From: Octopus vulgaris
Taxonomy: Eukaryota
DNA: 64,000 nt
Direction of reading: 5' to 3'
Assembly: GCA_951406725.2 (NCBI GenBank)
Contig: OX597819.1
Location: forward strand, 23,250,001-23,314,000
A program made the translations under genes and the position numbers. Positions within the stretch are counted from its first letter, which is position 1. Each line of letters begins with the position of its first letter. Below, in pieces: positions 27,470-40,090 of the stretch. The notes beneath the pieces were generated by a model. The model saw nothing but the letters and a program-made list of their open reading frames with translations, made no database searches and was not told the origin of the DNA.

Positions 27470-29854
27470 TTTTATTCTTTTACTCGTGTCAATCATTGCG
27501 GCCATGCTGGAGTACCACCTCTAGTCGAGCAAATCGACCCCCAGGACTTATTCTTTATACTTATTCTATCGGCCTCTTAGGGCGAACCGCTAAGTTACGG
27601 GGACGTAAATGCATCAACATCGGTATCAAGCGATGGTGGGGGGGGGGACAAACACAGACACACAAATACACACACACACACACGCACACACACACACACG
27701 CACACACACACACATATGTATGTATATGCTACGGGCTTCTTTCAGTTTCCGTCTGCCAAATCCACTCATAAGGATTTGGTCGGCCCGAGGCTACAGTAGA
27801 CGTCACCTTCCCAACGTGCTACGTAGTGGGACTGAACCCGGTAGCATGTGGCTGGGAAGCAAGCTTCTTTATTTCATATAATTTGCCACAAGGGCATTAC
27901 ACAGAGTAAGAAGCTTGTGGGCTGGAGGTAGACAAAAGGAGATGACATGAAAACATAATGATAAAGATGACCAACAAGCCCTCGAATACAAGTTTTCTAA
28001 TACAAAAATTCAAAAATATCAATGCGAACAAGGTCAATCCACCTCAACGGAGCCCCCAACTCTGCACCGACAAGTCGGGGCCCGTGAAGAGGAAAGCAAA
28101 CTCTTTCTTGTCAAAGGTCGCTGTGACCCCTGACAGAATTTTATGTTCTAGTACCTCCGCAGCCACCTGCGGAGGCCATATTGAACTGCCTATGCAATCC
28201 GAGTACCTACGGCCCAGGCCGTCTAAAAATTCTCCCACAGACCCTCCCTAGTGATAAAGGAGGACAAACTCCTCCTCCTTCTCCTCCTCACGGGAAGGGG
28301 CTTCAAGCTGCTCCGTCAGTGGCACACTTCCCACTGACGGAGCTTTTTCTGCTAGTGGCCTACATCCCACCGGCGGTTCAGTCGGCGGCACAGAGACACC
28401 TGCCGACTGTCCTCTGCTCCTCTTTTTCCTCTTTCTTTTAGAGGCTACAGGGGTAGAGACATACGTCGGCAGGCACGGGGAGGGGCACTATCCCATTGTG
28501 TCACTTGCCCATTTTTTGGTGAGCAACCATTGTTACTCACCTTTCTTTTTCTCTTCGTGGAGGCAACTTCCTTCACGACTATCGTTTCCCCCCCCCCCAG
28601 GGGGTGGGGTGGGCACCTTACTTTCCTGTGCCGGGGCCATGTTACGGCCCCGAGGGCAGTCCTTCCTAATGTGGCCTGGCTCCAGGCACGAGTAACACTT
28701 GGGAGGCGACCCTCAAATATCACTGGATACCTTCAGCCAGCCATTTTTAGAAAGTCCGGGAATACCATTTCGCCTTCGGCCGATGGGGTCCATAGGGTCA
28801 AAATTCATTTTGACTCCTCCCAGTCGACCGCTGGCGTCATTCTCACATTTCAGAGCCTGGGCTCACTAGCCCCCAGGCCCTGCCGGATGGTATCACCAAT
28901 CCATCCTGCTTCTGTGCCCGGGGGTAGGCCACATACCCAGGCTTTTATCACCCTCCTCCCACAATAAGTGGGGAGGAACAAAATTTCTTGCCTCTGCCAA
29001 CTTCCTCGGGGGTAACAAACAGCAACCAGACCGTTGCAATTTTGGTCCCCCGTGAAATAAATTTTATAGTTGGCAGGTAGTCTGCCAACTCTTTCTCTAT
29101 CACAATCTTGTCGAAGAGGGCGATGGCACCATGTGACCTAGAATAAATCCGTAGTACCACCGTCCTCTTCTCAAGATCTTTAATCCACTGTTTGGGAGGG
29201 ACCACCTCTCACTCCAAAGCAAGTTCAAAAAAAGTTCAAAGGTCAAAGAAAAAGTCCAAAAACGGTACACAAGAGTTAACAGAAACAGTCAAAAAGAAAT
29301 AAAACAAAAAAAGTAAAAAAAAAACTGTTCGAAAAGAAAGAAAAAAAATCAGGAAAGATAGAAAAAAACAATTCACACAATAAAAATCCAATTTCTTGGG
29401 CAACAGGTACTCCCGGTCAAATGTGGATAGTGTCCTTAGTACGAAACTTTTTTTTTCCGGTAATTGGTAAAATAAATCCAATAAATGCAAACACAATTCA
29501 GGCTACAGCCAACGGTAACTGCAACAGCAGGTAACAGGTTCTAATCATTCAGGCGAGGATACGCACCCCCTTTTTTCCCCAATAAATTCACAATATACAA
29601 AAACAGCAGCCGCCGAGAGCAGGCGAAAATGTCCCAGAGCTGGGCAAAATTTATTAACAAAAAATTACAATATAACAAATTACGCCCAGCTCAGATAAAA
29701 CAAGACCGCCTACGAGACGAACTTCTCTGTTTTTCTTCTTTTTTCTTATAATTAGACGGAGCTAACAAGTCCACATCCAATCTGGTAAAGCTGGAAGAAG
29801 TCGACTAACTGCGCATGTGCGGAAGCAAGCTTCTTACCACAGAGCAACTCCTGC
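27470..29854 (-). mobile_element. CORE-like SINE split by a 1.95-kb insertion in its tRNA-derived head
   Basis: SINE body 27470-27869 resumes at 29821-29854 (ggaagcaagcttcttaccacagagcaactcctgc). Confidence 0.85.
27870..29820 (-). mobile_element. ORF1-only Tx1/L1-like non-autonomous retroelement
   Basis: Perfect 15-bp TSD ggaagcaagcttctt (27855-27869, 29821-29835); frameshifted gag-like ORF with zinc knuckle CYSCLEPGHIRKDC (28656-28697); A-rich 3' end; no RT or endonuclease motifs seen. Confidence 0.75.
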
Positions 29855-29864
29855 ATGCCTAAGA

Positions 29865-30060
29865 GTTGAAAAATACTGGAAAATAATTTTTGAAGAATGA
29901 TTACAGGAGATTGAAAAAATGTTGGTGTTATTTATTCACCATTACACATGTTTCATACACTAACAGAAGTTACAAAACTGTACGTGTAGGATAAACATCT
30001 AAGATATATCCTATTAGAAATTCTTCAGACAGGGAATTAAAAAATGTTATATGTGTAATT
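29865..30060 (-). mobile_element. Repeat carrying long-stem-II hammerhead motif (29939-30032)
   Basis: Minus strand ctgt-CTGAAGA-long insert-GAAA-catgtg-TA-atgg; homologous to 32390-32772. Confidence 0.55.
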
Positions 30061-30148
30061 TGATTCTATGTTGGAACAATTTCTAATAGAAGATCGATCG
30101 TCTTTAAGTTTAATTCTGATTTTATATGGCTATGACTTTCTTCTCTCC

Positions 30149-30197
<49 letters not shown>

Positions 30198-31295
30198 CTT
30201 TTCTTCACTGTTAAAAGAGAGAAAAAATGGGAAAGAAGTCCGTCGCATTTCGTTTTTAATTTTAAATGACTATAGACTAACTAATTTTATGATCTAGATT
30301 TATATGATACTGAAGAGCTCAATCAAGGGCGAAATGGTACTATCCACAACTACTGAAATGTCTAATAAATGAATTATATGGAAATATGGAAATATTATGT
30401 TCTTTCCTTCTTCACTCATGGGAATAAAAGACCCCTCAACATAGGAAAAAATATAAACCTAGAGGTGATTCTCTCCCCTTGAGATGAATATTCACTTTTT
30501 CTCTTATCTCATAGTAATCTCTCTCTCTATTTCCTTTTCTCTCTCTATCTCCTTTTTCTTTCTCTCTCTCTCTCTCTCTCTCTCTATCACACACTCTCTT
30601 GCTCCAAAAGCAACTATAAGCAGTAGCAACAGTTTCGATTAAATAACGTGTGTACAACTTAGATATTTTTCTTGCATGTATAGCTTTGCGGTTCCTATTA
30701 GCAAATGAAATACGTGTAATAGTGAATAAATAGTGCCAATCTTCTTGTTTTGCTATGTGTGTGCGTGCTCACTCGCTTATGTGTGTGTGTATGTGCGTGT
30801 GTATGTGCGTGTGTATGTGCGTGTGTATGTGTGTGCGTGTGTGTATATGCGTGTATATATGTGTGCATGTGTATGTATGTGAGTGCGTGTTTGTGTTTGT
30901 GTATGTAGGTGTGTGATCTGAGTTAATAAACTCGAGATCATTTGATTTGTAAGGTAAACTATACATATATTGTGTGTGCTTTCAGAAGAAATGCTATTTA
31001 GCTTTGCTATATTGGAAAATTAAACAATGCTGTTAAACAACAGATGCGTCTTTCCATGTGAGGACGGGGTGGGGAAAGAGGCGACTGTTATTGCTGAGAG
31101 TTTGATAAAAGTTGAATTAGTCAGAACTGTTTCGTTTTCTGACTGGAAGAATAAACCGGCGATGTAACCCCACATACCCAATTATCCTAAAATGAAAACG
31201 ATGTTTATTGCACTATTCACTAATGTTACATGTATGGCGGTTGGCTGTATATAACCACACACACACATATATATATATATTATGATTGTATTCTG

Positions 31296-31391
<96 letters not shown>

Positions 31392-31544
31392 TACAAATTA
31401 AATAACCAAGGAACAGTAATTACGTATCTGTTCTCATGAAATTTATTTAATTTCATATTACGTTCTGTACTCAAATCGCACATAACTGCGAATAACACTA
31501 GGTTGTTAGTGTCGTTATATTTAAGCGAAATTTCAAAATACATA

Positions 31545-31612
<68 letters not shown>

Positions 31613-32389
31613 TATGTGTGTGCATTCGGAATAGGTAGATCTAACTACGCTGCGATAAAGCTGCTTCATAATGTAACTAGCACACGAGTATTCAGAGAGA
31701 AGTGATACCGTATAAATCATTCTTTCCGGATCCTTAATTGCTGTTCGACCACCATTTTTCTAGCAGTTATATTAGAATGTCCTTAAGTATAGCCATCTGA
31801 TGATTCTATGTCATATCAATGTAAAAGATCAACTTCGACTTACATTTCTTTTGATCCCATAATATAACGAATCAGTAAATTGCTGGGTGTCAATGAAATC
31901 GACAAGATTCTCTCCCCTAAAAAAAGTTGGTGGCCTTGTGCCTAAATTAAAAACAATTATATTTCGAACTCTTTAGAATGTGCATGGATAGCTGAGCAGT
32001 CAAGAAGCTCGCTTTGCTTTCATGTGATTTTGAGTTCAGTTTCACGGCATAGCACCTGGGGCAAGTGCTTTCTACTACAATCTCTGACCTACCAAAGTCT
32101 TGTGAACTCATATGAAAATCTGCTATACCAATACACTCACGTACGCGAACACACACACATACACACACATAGGTAGGTAGGCAGGTATTTAGGATGATAG
32201 GTAGGTAGGTAGGTAGGTAGGTAGGTGGAAGGTATGCAGGTAGGTAGGTAGGTAGGTAGGTAGGTAGGTAGGTAGGTAGGTAGGTAGGTAAGTAGGTAGG
32301 GTAAAGGGCCAGTCACTCCCTTTTGAAGTACATCTACTTATTCCATTATGTATTTGCTGTCGTTATTGTACAGATACAAAGTACATATT

Positions 32390-32772
32390 AAAAACTGAAA
32401 ATTCTGGAAATATTATTTGGAGAGTTTTTGTATAACAAAACATGAAGTTGGAAAATTTATTGCTACTATTTATTGACCATCACACATATTCCATTTGCTA
32501 ATAGGAATTACAGTGTTTTACATTTTTTTATAGACATGTGAGGAATTTCCTATCAGAAATTCTTCAGACAGAAATAATATTATTATTAAATATTATTCAA
32601 TAATAACATCCATTATTAAATAATCTTATTTAGTTTCTCTGATGATGAATTTTTAATTGGCAATTCCTTACATGTCTGCCTAATATGAAAACTCTGTTAT
32701 TTCTATTGGTAAATCAAACATGTGTAATGGTCAATAAATAATACAAATAAATTTTCCAGCTTCATGTTTTGC
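32390..32772. repeat. Degenerate inverted pair of the same hammerhead-bearing repeat
   Basis: caaaacatgaagttggaaaatttat...cttcagacagaaa mirrored by tttctctgatgatgaa...ataaattttccagcttcatgttttg. Confidence 0.7.
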
Positions 32773-32780
32773 GATATATA

Positions 32781-32936
32781 CAGGAGTGGCTGTGTGGTAA
32801 GTAGCTTGCTTACCAACCACATGGTTCCGGGTTCAGTCCTACTGCGTGGCACCTGGGGCAAATAACTTCTACTATTGCCTCGGGCCGACCAAAGCCTTGT
32901 GAGTGGATTTGGTAGACGAAAACGGACAGAAATCCG

Positions 32937-33003
<67 letters not shown>

Positions 33004-33227
33004 TGTGTGTGTATATGTTTGTGTGTCTGAGTCCCCCCCCCCCAACATCGCTTTACAACCGATGCTGATGTATTTACGTCTCCCGTAACATAGCGGTTCG
33101 GCAAAAAGAGACCGATAGAATAAGTACTAGGCTTCCAAAGAATAAGTCCTGGGGTCGATTTGCTCGACTAAAGGCGGTGCTCCAGCATGGCCGCAGTCAA
33201 ATGATTCAAACAAGTAAAAGAGTAAAA

Positions 33228-33230
<3 letters not shown>
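32781..33230 (+). mobile_element. CORE-like SINE, near full length
   Basis: caggagtggctgtgtggtaagtagc...internal (TA)n(TG)n...ggcggtgctccagcatggccgcagtc...gtaaaagagtaaaag. Confidence 0.9.
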
Positions 33231-33284
<54 letters not shown>

Positions 33285-33404
33285 ATTTAACAATTAAGGA
33301 TAACCTCTTAATAAGGAATCTTAACAAGAAATTATCAGGTAGATAGCGTGAAAAACCTCATAAGAGAAAAAATTTCGAAAATAATTTTTCCTTTGAACAT
33401 ATTA

Positions 33405-33556
33405 ATTTATATTATATAGAGGGCATTATTACACATAAATGCCTCACACTAAGAGGGACATAAGTCATTTCTACCAAAAATTTTTGGTAGAAATGACTTA
33501 TGTCCCTCTTAGTGTGAGGCATTTATGTGTAATAATGCCCTCTATATAATATAAAT
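33405..33556. repeat. Perfect 152-bp palindrome
   Basis: Arms are exact reverse complements about 33480/33481, no loop. Confidence 0.95.
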
Positions 33557-33599
33557 ATATATACATATACATATATACATATATATATGTATGTATTTA

Positions 33600-33677
<78 letters not shown>

Positions 33678-34062
33678 TGTGGAGGCGCAATGGCCCAGTG
33701 GTTGGGGTAGCGGGTCGCGGTCATAGGATCGCGGTTTCGATTCCCAGACGAGGCGTTGTGAGTGTTTATAGAGCAAAAACACCTAAAGTTCCACGATGGT
33801 CCGGCAGGAGATGGTGGCAAACCTTGCTGTACTGTTTCACCACAACTTTCTCTCACTCTTACTTCCTCTTTCTGTTGTGCCTGTATTTCAAAGGGCCAGC
33901 CTTGTCCCACTCTGTGACGCTCTGAATATCCCCGAGAACTACGTTAAGGGTACACGTGTCTGTGGCGTGCTCGGCCACGTACACGTTAATTTCACGAGCG
34001 CAGGCTGTTCCGTTGATCGGATCAACTGAAACCCTCGTCGTCGTAAAAGACGAAGTGCCAAC
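33678..34062 (+). mobile_element. tRNA-derived SINE (family A)
   Basis: gtggaggcgcaatggcccagtggt...ggtttcgattcccagac...ccctcgtcgtcgtaa; same family at 49083, 52852, 53512 and 56425. Confidence 0.9.
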
Positions 34063-35269
34063 AAATATCCATGCATGGATACATATACATGTGTGTATAT
34101 ACATATATTTAAGTACGTATGTGTGTGTTTGTGTCTTTGTATCTGCACGTCTTCGTATCTGAGTTTTACCCCCACACCACTTGACGACCGGTGTTGGTTT
34201 GTTTACGTCACCGTAACTTGGCAGTTTGGTAAATGACAACGATGCAGTAAGAGTCAAATTCAGAAAATAAAAGCTAAAGGGAATTTTTTTCGATTAAAAC
34301 TCTTCAAATTTGTGCCCCAGCATGGCCGCAGTCCAAGGAATGATTCAAGTAAAGAATAAAAAAAGTAAATGATATGGCCACGTAAATGATATGGCTATTT
34401 TTCTGCACCATAAATGTATAAACAAGATGGAGTTTTAAACATCAACTACATAGCAATTGTTGATTTGAGACGTCTTGTATGTCATGCCGCTTCTACAAAA
34501 GATAATTACTAAAATGTTGCCACATAGCCCTGGCCTACGAAATTTTATATTTATTTTCATTTTCAAACTTGTAGCATTCTTTATTGAATTCTGATGCTTT
34601 TACGCTTTTTCTCGTTTTTTTATTTTTTTATTTATTTATTTTTCTTTTGTTCAATCTCTTCTGTAAAGAGAATGTGTTGACCTTCAAACTTTACAAATGT
34701 TTGCAAGAAATTATATGTTCTTTTATGTTTTGAAATACATTGAATATATCTTGGTACCTTCCATTTTCTCATATTATGAGATTCTATTAATTATTACATT
34801 TGCGTTTGTGTAATTTATCGACCGAGGAGAGAAGCGTGCAATGAAATAATTACGATAACTGCCATACTTAACGATGTTAACAGCAACATGAGCTCATGTC
34901 CAATGTTATATGCAACAATGTGTTGTTATATATTCACTCCGGCATTAGCCAATTAGTTCACTTAACGATTAGCAAATATAATATTTAAGAGGTTCATTAT
35001 TTCAATTACTTTATCACTGACTGTTGAAACAATTGGTGCAAAATTCTATGGTTAATTGCCTGTCTGAAACGTCTACTGTATACTTTAAAGGTAACTCACA
35101 GATATTTAGCATGGCAACTTATTTTGTCACTTAAATACAGATAGAGATGGAACGTCAGTCCTATCTTTGATGTTGGGCAATGCTTCACTGACGTCTATCC
35201 TTGTCACAATCGCTTTTCATCTCTTTATCTTTCTAAGTTTCTCTCCCTCAATTAATCAATTAATATAAA

Positions 35270-35304
<35 letters not shown>

Positions 35305-35322
35305 TGTATATATATATATATA

Positions 35323-35723
35323 TCTTTATATATAAAAGTGAAGTTGTGTGAGTGTCTGTCTCCTACGATTTAGATTCCTAACTACTCCCACATTTTGCGG
35401 TGCAGTGTAACCAAAAGCGGGTATCTTATAGTCGTCATTCATATCAAGCCCTTCTGGGTATTAGCGCGCGTCTACGATGAGTCTATGATTTTAAAAATAA
35501 TTTACCATCATATTTTTCCATTTTAATTAATTTTTTCGCTATTATATAAGGGAAGTAACTCTCTAAAAATGTCTACGATGAGTCAACGATTTTTTTTTTA
35601 ATTTACCATCATTTTTTTCCATTTATAATGCATTTTTTTGCTATTTTTTTGCTATAACTCTCTAAAAATGCTTATATAGTTATTTCCCTTACAAACCCGA
35701 GCAACGCCGGGCGATACTGCTAG
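35323..35723 (+). mobile_element. Non-autonomous Helitron
   Basis: A|TCTTTATATATAAAA...cccgagcaacgccggg hairpin...CTAG|T; second copy at 57492-57858. Confidence 0.9.
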
Positions 35724-35794
35724 TATATATATATATGGATGTGAATGTGTATGCACACACATACAGTTGTGTGTGTGTACACATACATATATAC

Positions 35795-35928
35795 ATCATC
35801 ATGCTGGAAGAAACCTCGTAGCATGTCCTGCACCAGATGGGTGGACATGATTAAGGAAGATTGCCGCATGTTCGATGTTACCTTGGAAGATGCAGATGGG
35901 CTGTCATGGGAACGGTCAGCGAGAGAGA
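35795..35928 (+). mobile_element. RTE-like LINE C-terminal fragment
   Basis: WKKPRSMSCTRWVDMIKEDC resembles the RTE KRPRGRPxxRWxDxIxED motif. Confidence 0.5.
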
Positions 35929-36013
35929 ATATATAAATACATACACACATATATATATGAAAATATATATACACATACACACATGCATGTATGTATGTGT
36001 GGGAGCATATATA

Positions 36014-37617
36014 CAGTGGGGGGAAATAAATATTCGTGCATGTCAAAATTCTTTATTTATTTAACTTCTAATGAACATAAACGAGATATACCGATACTGT
36101 ATTTGCATACACATGTATAAATTGAGAATATGCAAAAGAAACTAATAAATTATAGTAACTAAGGAATTTATATTCAATTATAAATATTTAGAGGTGAAAA
36201 AAGTATTCGTATATAACATAAATAACTGATAATTCTGATTTAATACTTTGTAGTATAACCATTATTCAGTTCCACTTCAACCAATCTCTTCTTGTAGTTC
36301 TTAATGAATGACTCGCATGTTTCTTTAGGAATTTTTTCCCATTCTTCTTGACAAATTTTCTTTAAATCTGCAATGCACGTTGGGGCTCTTGAATGAATTT
36401 TAATTTTCAAATAATGCCACAAATGTTCAATGGGATTCAAGCCAGGTGACTGGCTTGGCCATTCTAATAATTTTATATTGTGATCGACAATCCATTTTTT
36501 GGCAGACTTCGCGTGTGCTTAAGGTCGTTATCCTGTTGTAAAACCCACCTTCACAAAGCTGGAGCTTTTTCTACAGAGTCCCATAAATTATTGTTCAAAA
36601 TATTTTGGTACATGTCTGCATTCATTCTACCATCTATCACATGTAACTTGCCAGTACCATTTGCAGAGAAGCACACCCACACCATGATGTTGCCACCTCC
36701 AAACTTTATGGTAGGAATTGTGTTTTTCGGCAAATAGGCAGTACCCTCTTTCCTCCAAAGATGGCTACGCGAATTTCTTCAAAACAATTCAATTTTCGAC
36801 TCATCTGTCCATAGAATATTTTCCCAGAATGTATCAGATTTATCTTTATGTTCATAAACAAATTTTAAATGGGCGTCTCTATGCCTTTTAGTCAACAGTG
36901 GAGTTTTTCTAGGAGAGTGTGACTTCAGTTCATTCCTATGGAGTGCATTGCTGATTGTTCATAGAGTAACACTAGTCCCTGAAGCTAACGAACCTTCTTG
37001 CAACTCCTTTCTGGTGAACATTGCGTGTTTTTTTCGATTCTTTGCTTCATTTTTCTTAAAGATTTAGAAGAAATCTTGTGTGGTGTACCGGATCTTATTC
37101 TGTTTTCAACAGTTCCCCGATTTTTTATATCTTTGAATAAATGAAGATATGGTAGAAAATGGAATACAAAGGGTCTCTGATATTTTCCTGTAACTTTTAC
37201 CTCTTTTCCACTGTTCAATAATTAAGTTTTTCACTGAATTTGTGAGTTCTTTACTTTTCGCCATTATTATGATACTACTTTATGTTGTCTCAGTGTTGAA
37301 TGAAGAAGCTAGCGTTTTGACACTTAAAAATGACAACTGATAAGATTATTGGAACAAGCGAGAAATTTCTAGTAAAAAAAAACTATTTTATGGCATAGAA
37401 AATCATAAATTTATTTTGCACGAATACTATTTTCAACCCTAAATATTTATAATTGTATATAAATTCCTTAGTTACTATAATTTCTTTACTATAGTATCTT
37501 TTGGATATTCTTAGTTTATGCATGTGTATGCAAATATAGTATTGGTATATCCCATTTATTTTCATTAGAAATTAAATAAAGAATTTTGACATTACGAACA
37601 TTTATTTCCCCCCACTG
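36014..37617 (-). mobile_element. Full-length Tc1 element, ~200-bp TIRs, disrupted DD34E transposase
   Basis: TA-CAGTGGGGGGAAATAA...TTATTTCCCCCCACTG-TA; ORF 37264 to 36240 with [54 protein letters not shown]. Confidence 0.95.
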
Positions 37618-37655
37618 TATATATCTATATATATATATGTATATATGTATATGTA

Positions 37656-37709
<54 letters not shown>

Positions 37710-37711
37710 TA

Positions 37712-38113
37712 AGACGGCGAGCTGGCAGAAACGTTAACACGCCGGGCGAAATGCGTTGCCGCATTTCGTCTGCCGTTATGTTCTGAGTTCAAATTCCACC
37801 GAGGTCAACTTTGCCTTTCATCCTTTCGGGGTCGATAAATTAAGTACCAGGTACGCACTGGGGTCGATATAATCGACTTAATCCGTCTGTCTGTCCTTGT
37901 TTGTCTACTCTGTGTTTAGCCCCTTGTGGGTAGTAAAGAAATAGGTATTTCGTTTGCCGTTACGTTCTGAGTTCAGATTCCGCCGAGGTCGACTTTGCCT
38001 TTCACCCTTTCGGAGTCGATAAATAAAGTATCAGTTACGCACTGAAGTCGATGTGATCGACTTAGTCCTTTTTGTCCCCTCTATGTTTAGCCCCTTGTGG
38101 GCAATAAAGAAAC
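37712..38113 (+). mobile_element. Dimeric Meta-like SINE
   Basis: One head followed by two ~180-bp bodies, each ending gccccttgtggg...taaagaaa. Confidence 0.9.
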
Positions 38114-38179
38114 ATATATATATATATATGTTTTACTGGGAAGGCCGGTGTATGGGATAACCCTGGGTTTCTTATCCAT

Positions 38180-38312
38180 AAAGGTTTAACTTTATGGCGT
38201 ATCGTCAGACCCTAAACACCTATTGGCTTAAGACCTCATAGAAATATCTTGAAGAGGTCTTGCGCCGACAGTTTTTGGGGGTTTGACGATACGCCATGAA
38301 GTTAAAACCTTA
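38180..38312. repeat. Imperfect fold-back with decayed hammerhead-like cores
   Basis: aaggtttaactttatggcgtatcgtcagaccc / gggtttgacgatacgccatgaagttaaaacctt; inner aagacctc/gaggtctt. Confidence 0.75.
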
Positions 38313-38356
38313 GAGTGTGCTTTTCCTCCGGATTCATGTTTTCTATAAAAGATTAA

Positions 38357-38429
<73 letters not shown>

Positions 38430-38433
<4 letters not shown>

Positions 38434-38935
38434 GAGCCTTGCCTTGGTGAAAAAGAACAATCGACGATGAAAGTATCACTTGCAATCTTTAGCAGAGAGA
38501 AGGTATTCATTCTTATATTATTTACCTGTATCCCTATTTTGATTAAATTATTTGGCCAGGATATCGTAAACTTCAATATAATTAGGGGAGATATACTAAT
38601 CTCAATCTGGACAATTATGGGAATTTGCTCGGCTCCCATCGGGGGTAATTTATCATCGATAAAGCTAATCTTCTTCTCAAATAAAAATAGTAGTTATACA
38701 CAAAAGAAATATTTCAGCTGTCTGCAACGAATATACGGAGAATATTCGCTATAATTTCTTATTTATCATTCTTGAAAGCAGGAAGGACTATAATTTCCTG
38801 TAAGTTTAATAAAGAATCTTCTAACTTCTAAATATAGCCTATCACATGTAGGACAAGACTCCAGTTTAAGTAAACAATATTCTCTTAAACAAGCATAGCG
38901 TTCTCCCTTACATTGACAAACTTACTCATTTTAAA
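38430..38935 (-). mobile_element. Penelope-like GIY-YIG endonuclease remnant
   Basis: Minus strand ENIVYL / SCPTCDRLYL resembles NIVY..CxxC...YIG of PLE endonucleases; many stops. Confidence 0.5.
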
Positions 38936-39189
38936 ATACATGCATATATATATATATACATATATATATGTATATATATATGTATATACATATATATATG
39001 TATATATGTATATGTATATACATATATATGTGTATGTATATATATATATGTGTATATATATATATGTATATATGTATATATATATATATATATATGTATG
39101 TATATGTATATATTTATATATATGTGTATATATATATATATGCATATATATATATATGTACATATGTATATATATATATATGTACATAT

Positions 39190-39280
<91 letters not shown>

Positions 39281-39362
39281 GGTCCCGGGTTGATTCGGGG
39301 TTAACCACAGTAAATAAGGTACTCAATACATAGCAGAGTAAAATTAATTTATTATATAGAAG

Positions 39363-39415
39363 GAGCTTCTACAGCTCTAGAACTGTTTCATTCAAGAGAA
39401 ATCTTCAGGAAGCTC
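39363..39415 (-). ncRNA. Type I hammerhead ribozyme motif (mirror copy)
   Basis: Reverse complement of 39418-39470, differing only in the stem III loop. Confidence 0.8.
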
Positions 39416-39417
39416 CT

Positions 39418-39470
39418 GAGCTTCCTGAAGATTTCTCTTGAATGAAACAGTTCTAGTCCTGTAGAAGCTC
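39418..39470 (+). ncRNA. Type I hammerhead ribozyme motif
   Basis: gagcttc-CTGAAGA-t-ttc-tctt-gaa-t-GAAA-cag-ttctagtc-ctg-TA-gaagctc; 7-bp stem I. Confidence 0.8.
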
Positions 39471-39498
39471 CTTCTATATAATAAATATATATATATAT

Positions 39499-39630
39499 AT
39501 ATTATTAGTGAATTGAAGAAATGGAGTTGAACGAAGATTGAACAGAAATCCTTTTATTGCATTCTATTGCAATAAAAGGATTTCTGTTCAATCTTCGTTC
39601 AACTCCATTTCTTCAATTCACTAATAATAT
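39499..39630. repeat. 63-bp inverted repeat with 6-nt loop
   Basis: atattattagtgaattgaag...ttattgca / tgcaataa...cttcaattcactaataatat. Confidence 0.95.
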
Positions 39631-39778
39631 TAAAATTCAATTATCCGCACCAACGCACGGTTGCAACACCATATGGTTGTACCCCCAACCGTGCTTTCTT
39701 CTGCTGTGATTTTTGCTACCAAGGTATCGGTTTAACTTTTGATTAATCTGCAACAAGATTATTCATCTTTCTATTTCA

Positions 39779-39815
<37 letters not shown>

Positions 39816-39818
<3 letters not shown>

Positions 39819-40090
39819 AAGCGCAATGGTCCAGTGGACGGAGGATCGTGGTTTCGATTCCCAGACCGGGTGTTGTATGTGTTTATTAAAAGAAAACACA
39901 TAAAATCTCCTCGAGGTTCCGGCAGGGGGTAGTGACGACCTCTGTTGTACTCTTTCGCCACAACTTTCTCTCACCCTCTTTTACTGTTTCTTGAGTGACG
40001 CTGCGGGGGAACACATACGCCACAGAAACCGGGAAACCGGGCCCATGAACCTGGCTAAGCTTGAAAAGGGCGACATTTCGTTATCATTAT
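39816..40090 (+). mobile_element. SINE family A head with alternative 3' tail
   Basis: ggaagcgcaatggtccagtgg...caactttctctcac, then gccacagaaaccgggaaaccgggcccatg. Confidence 0.7.
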
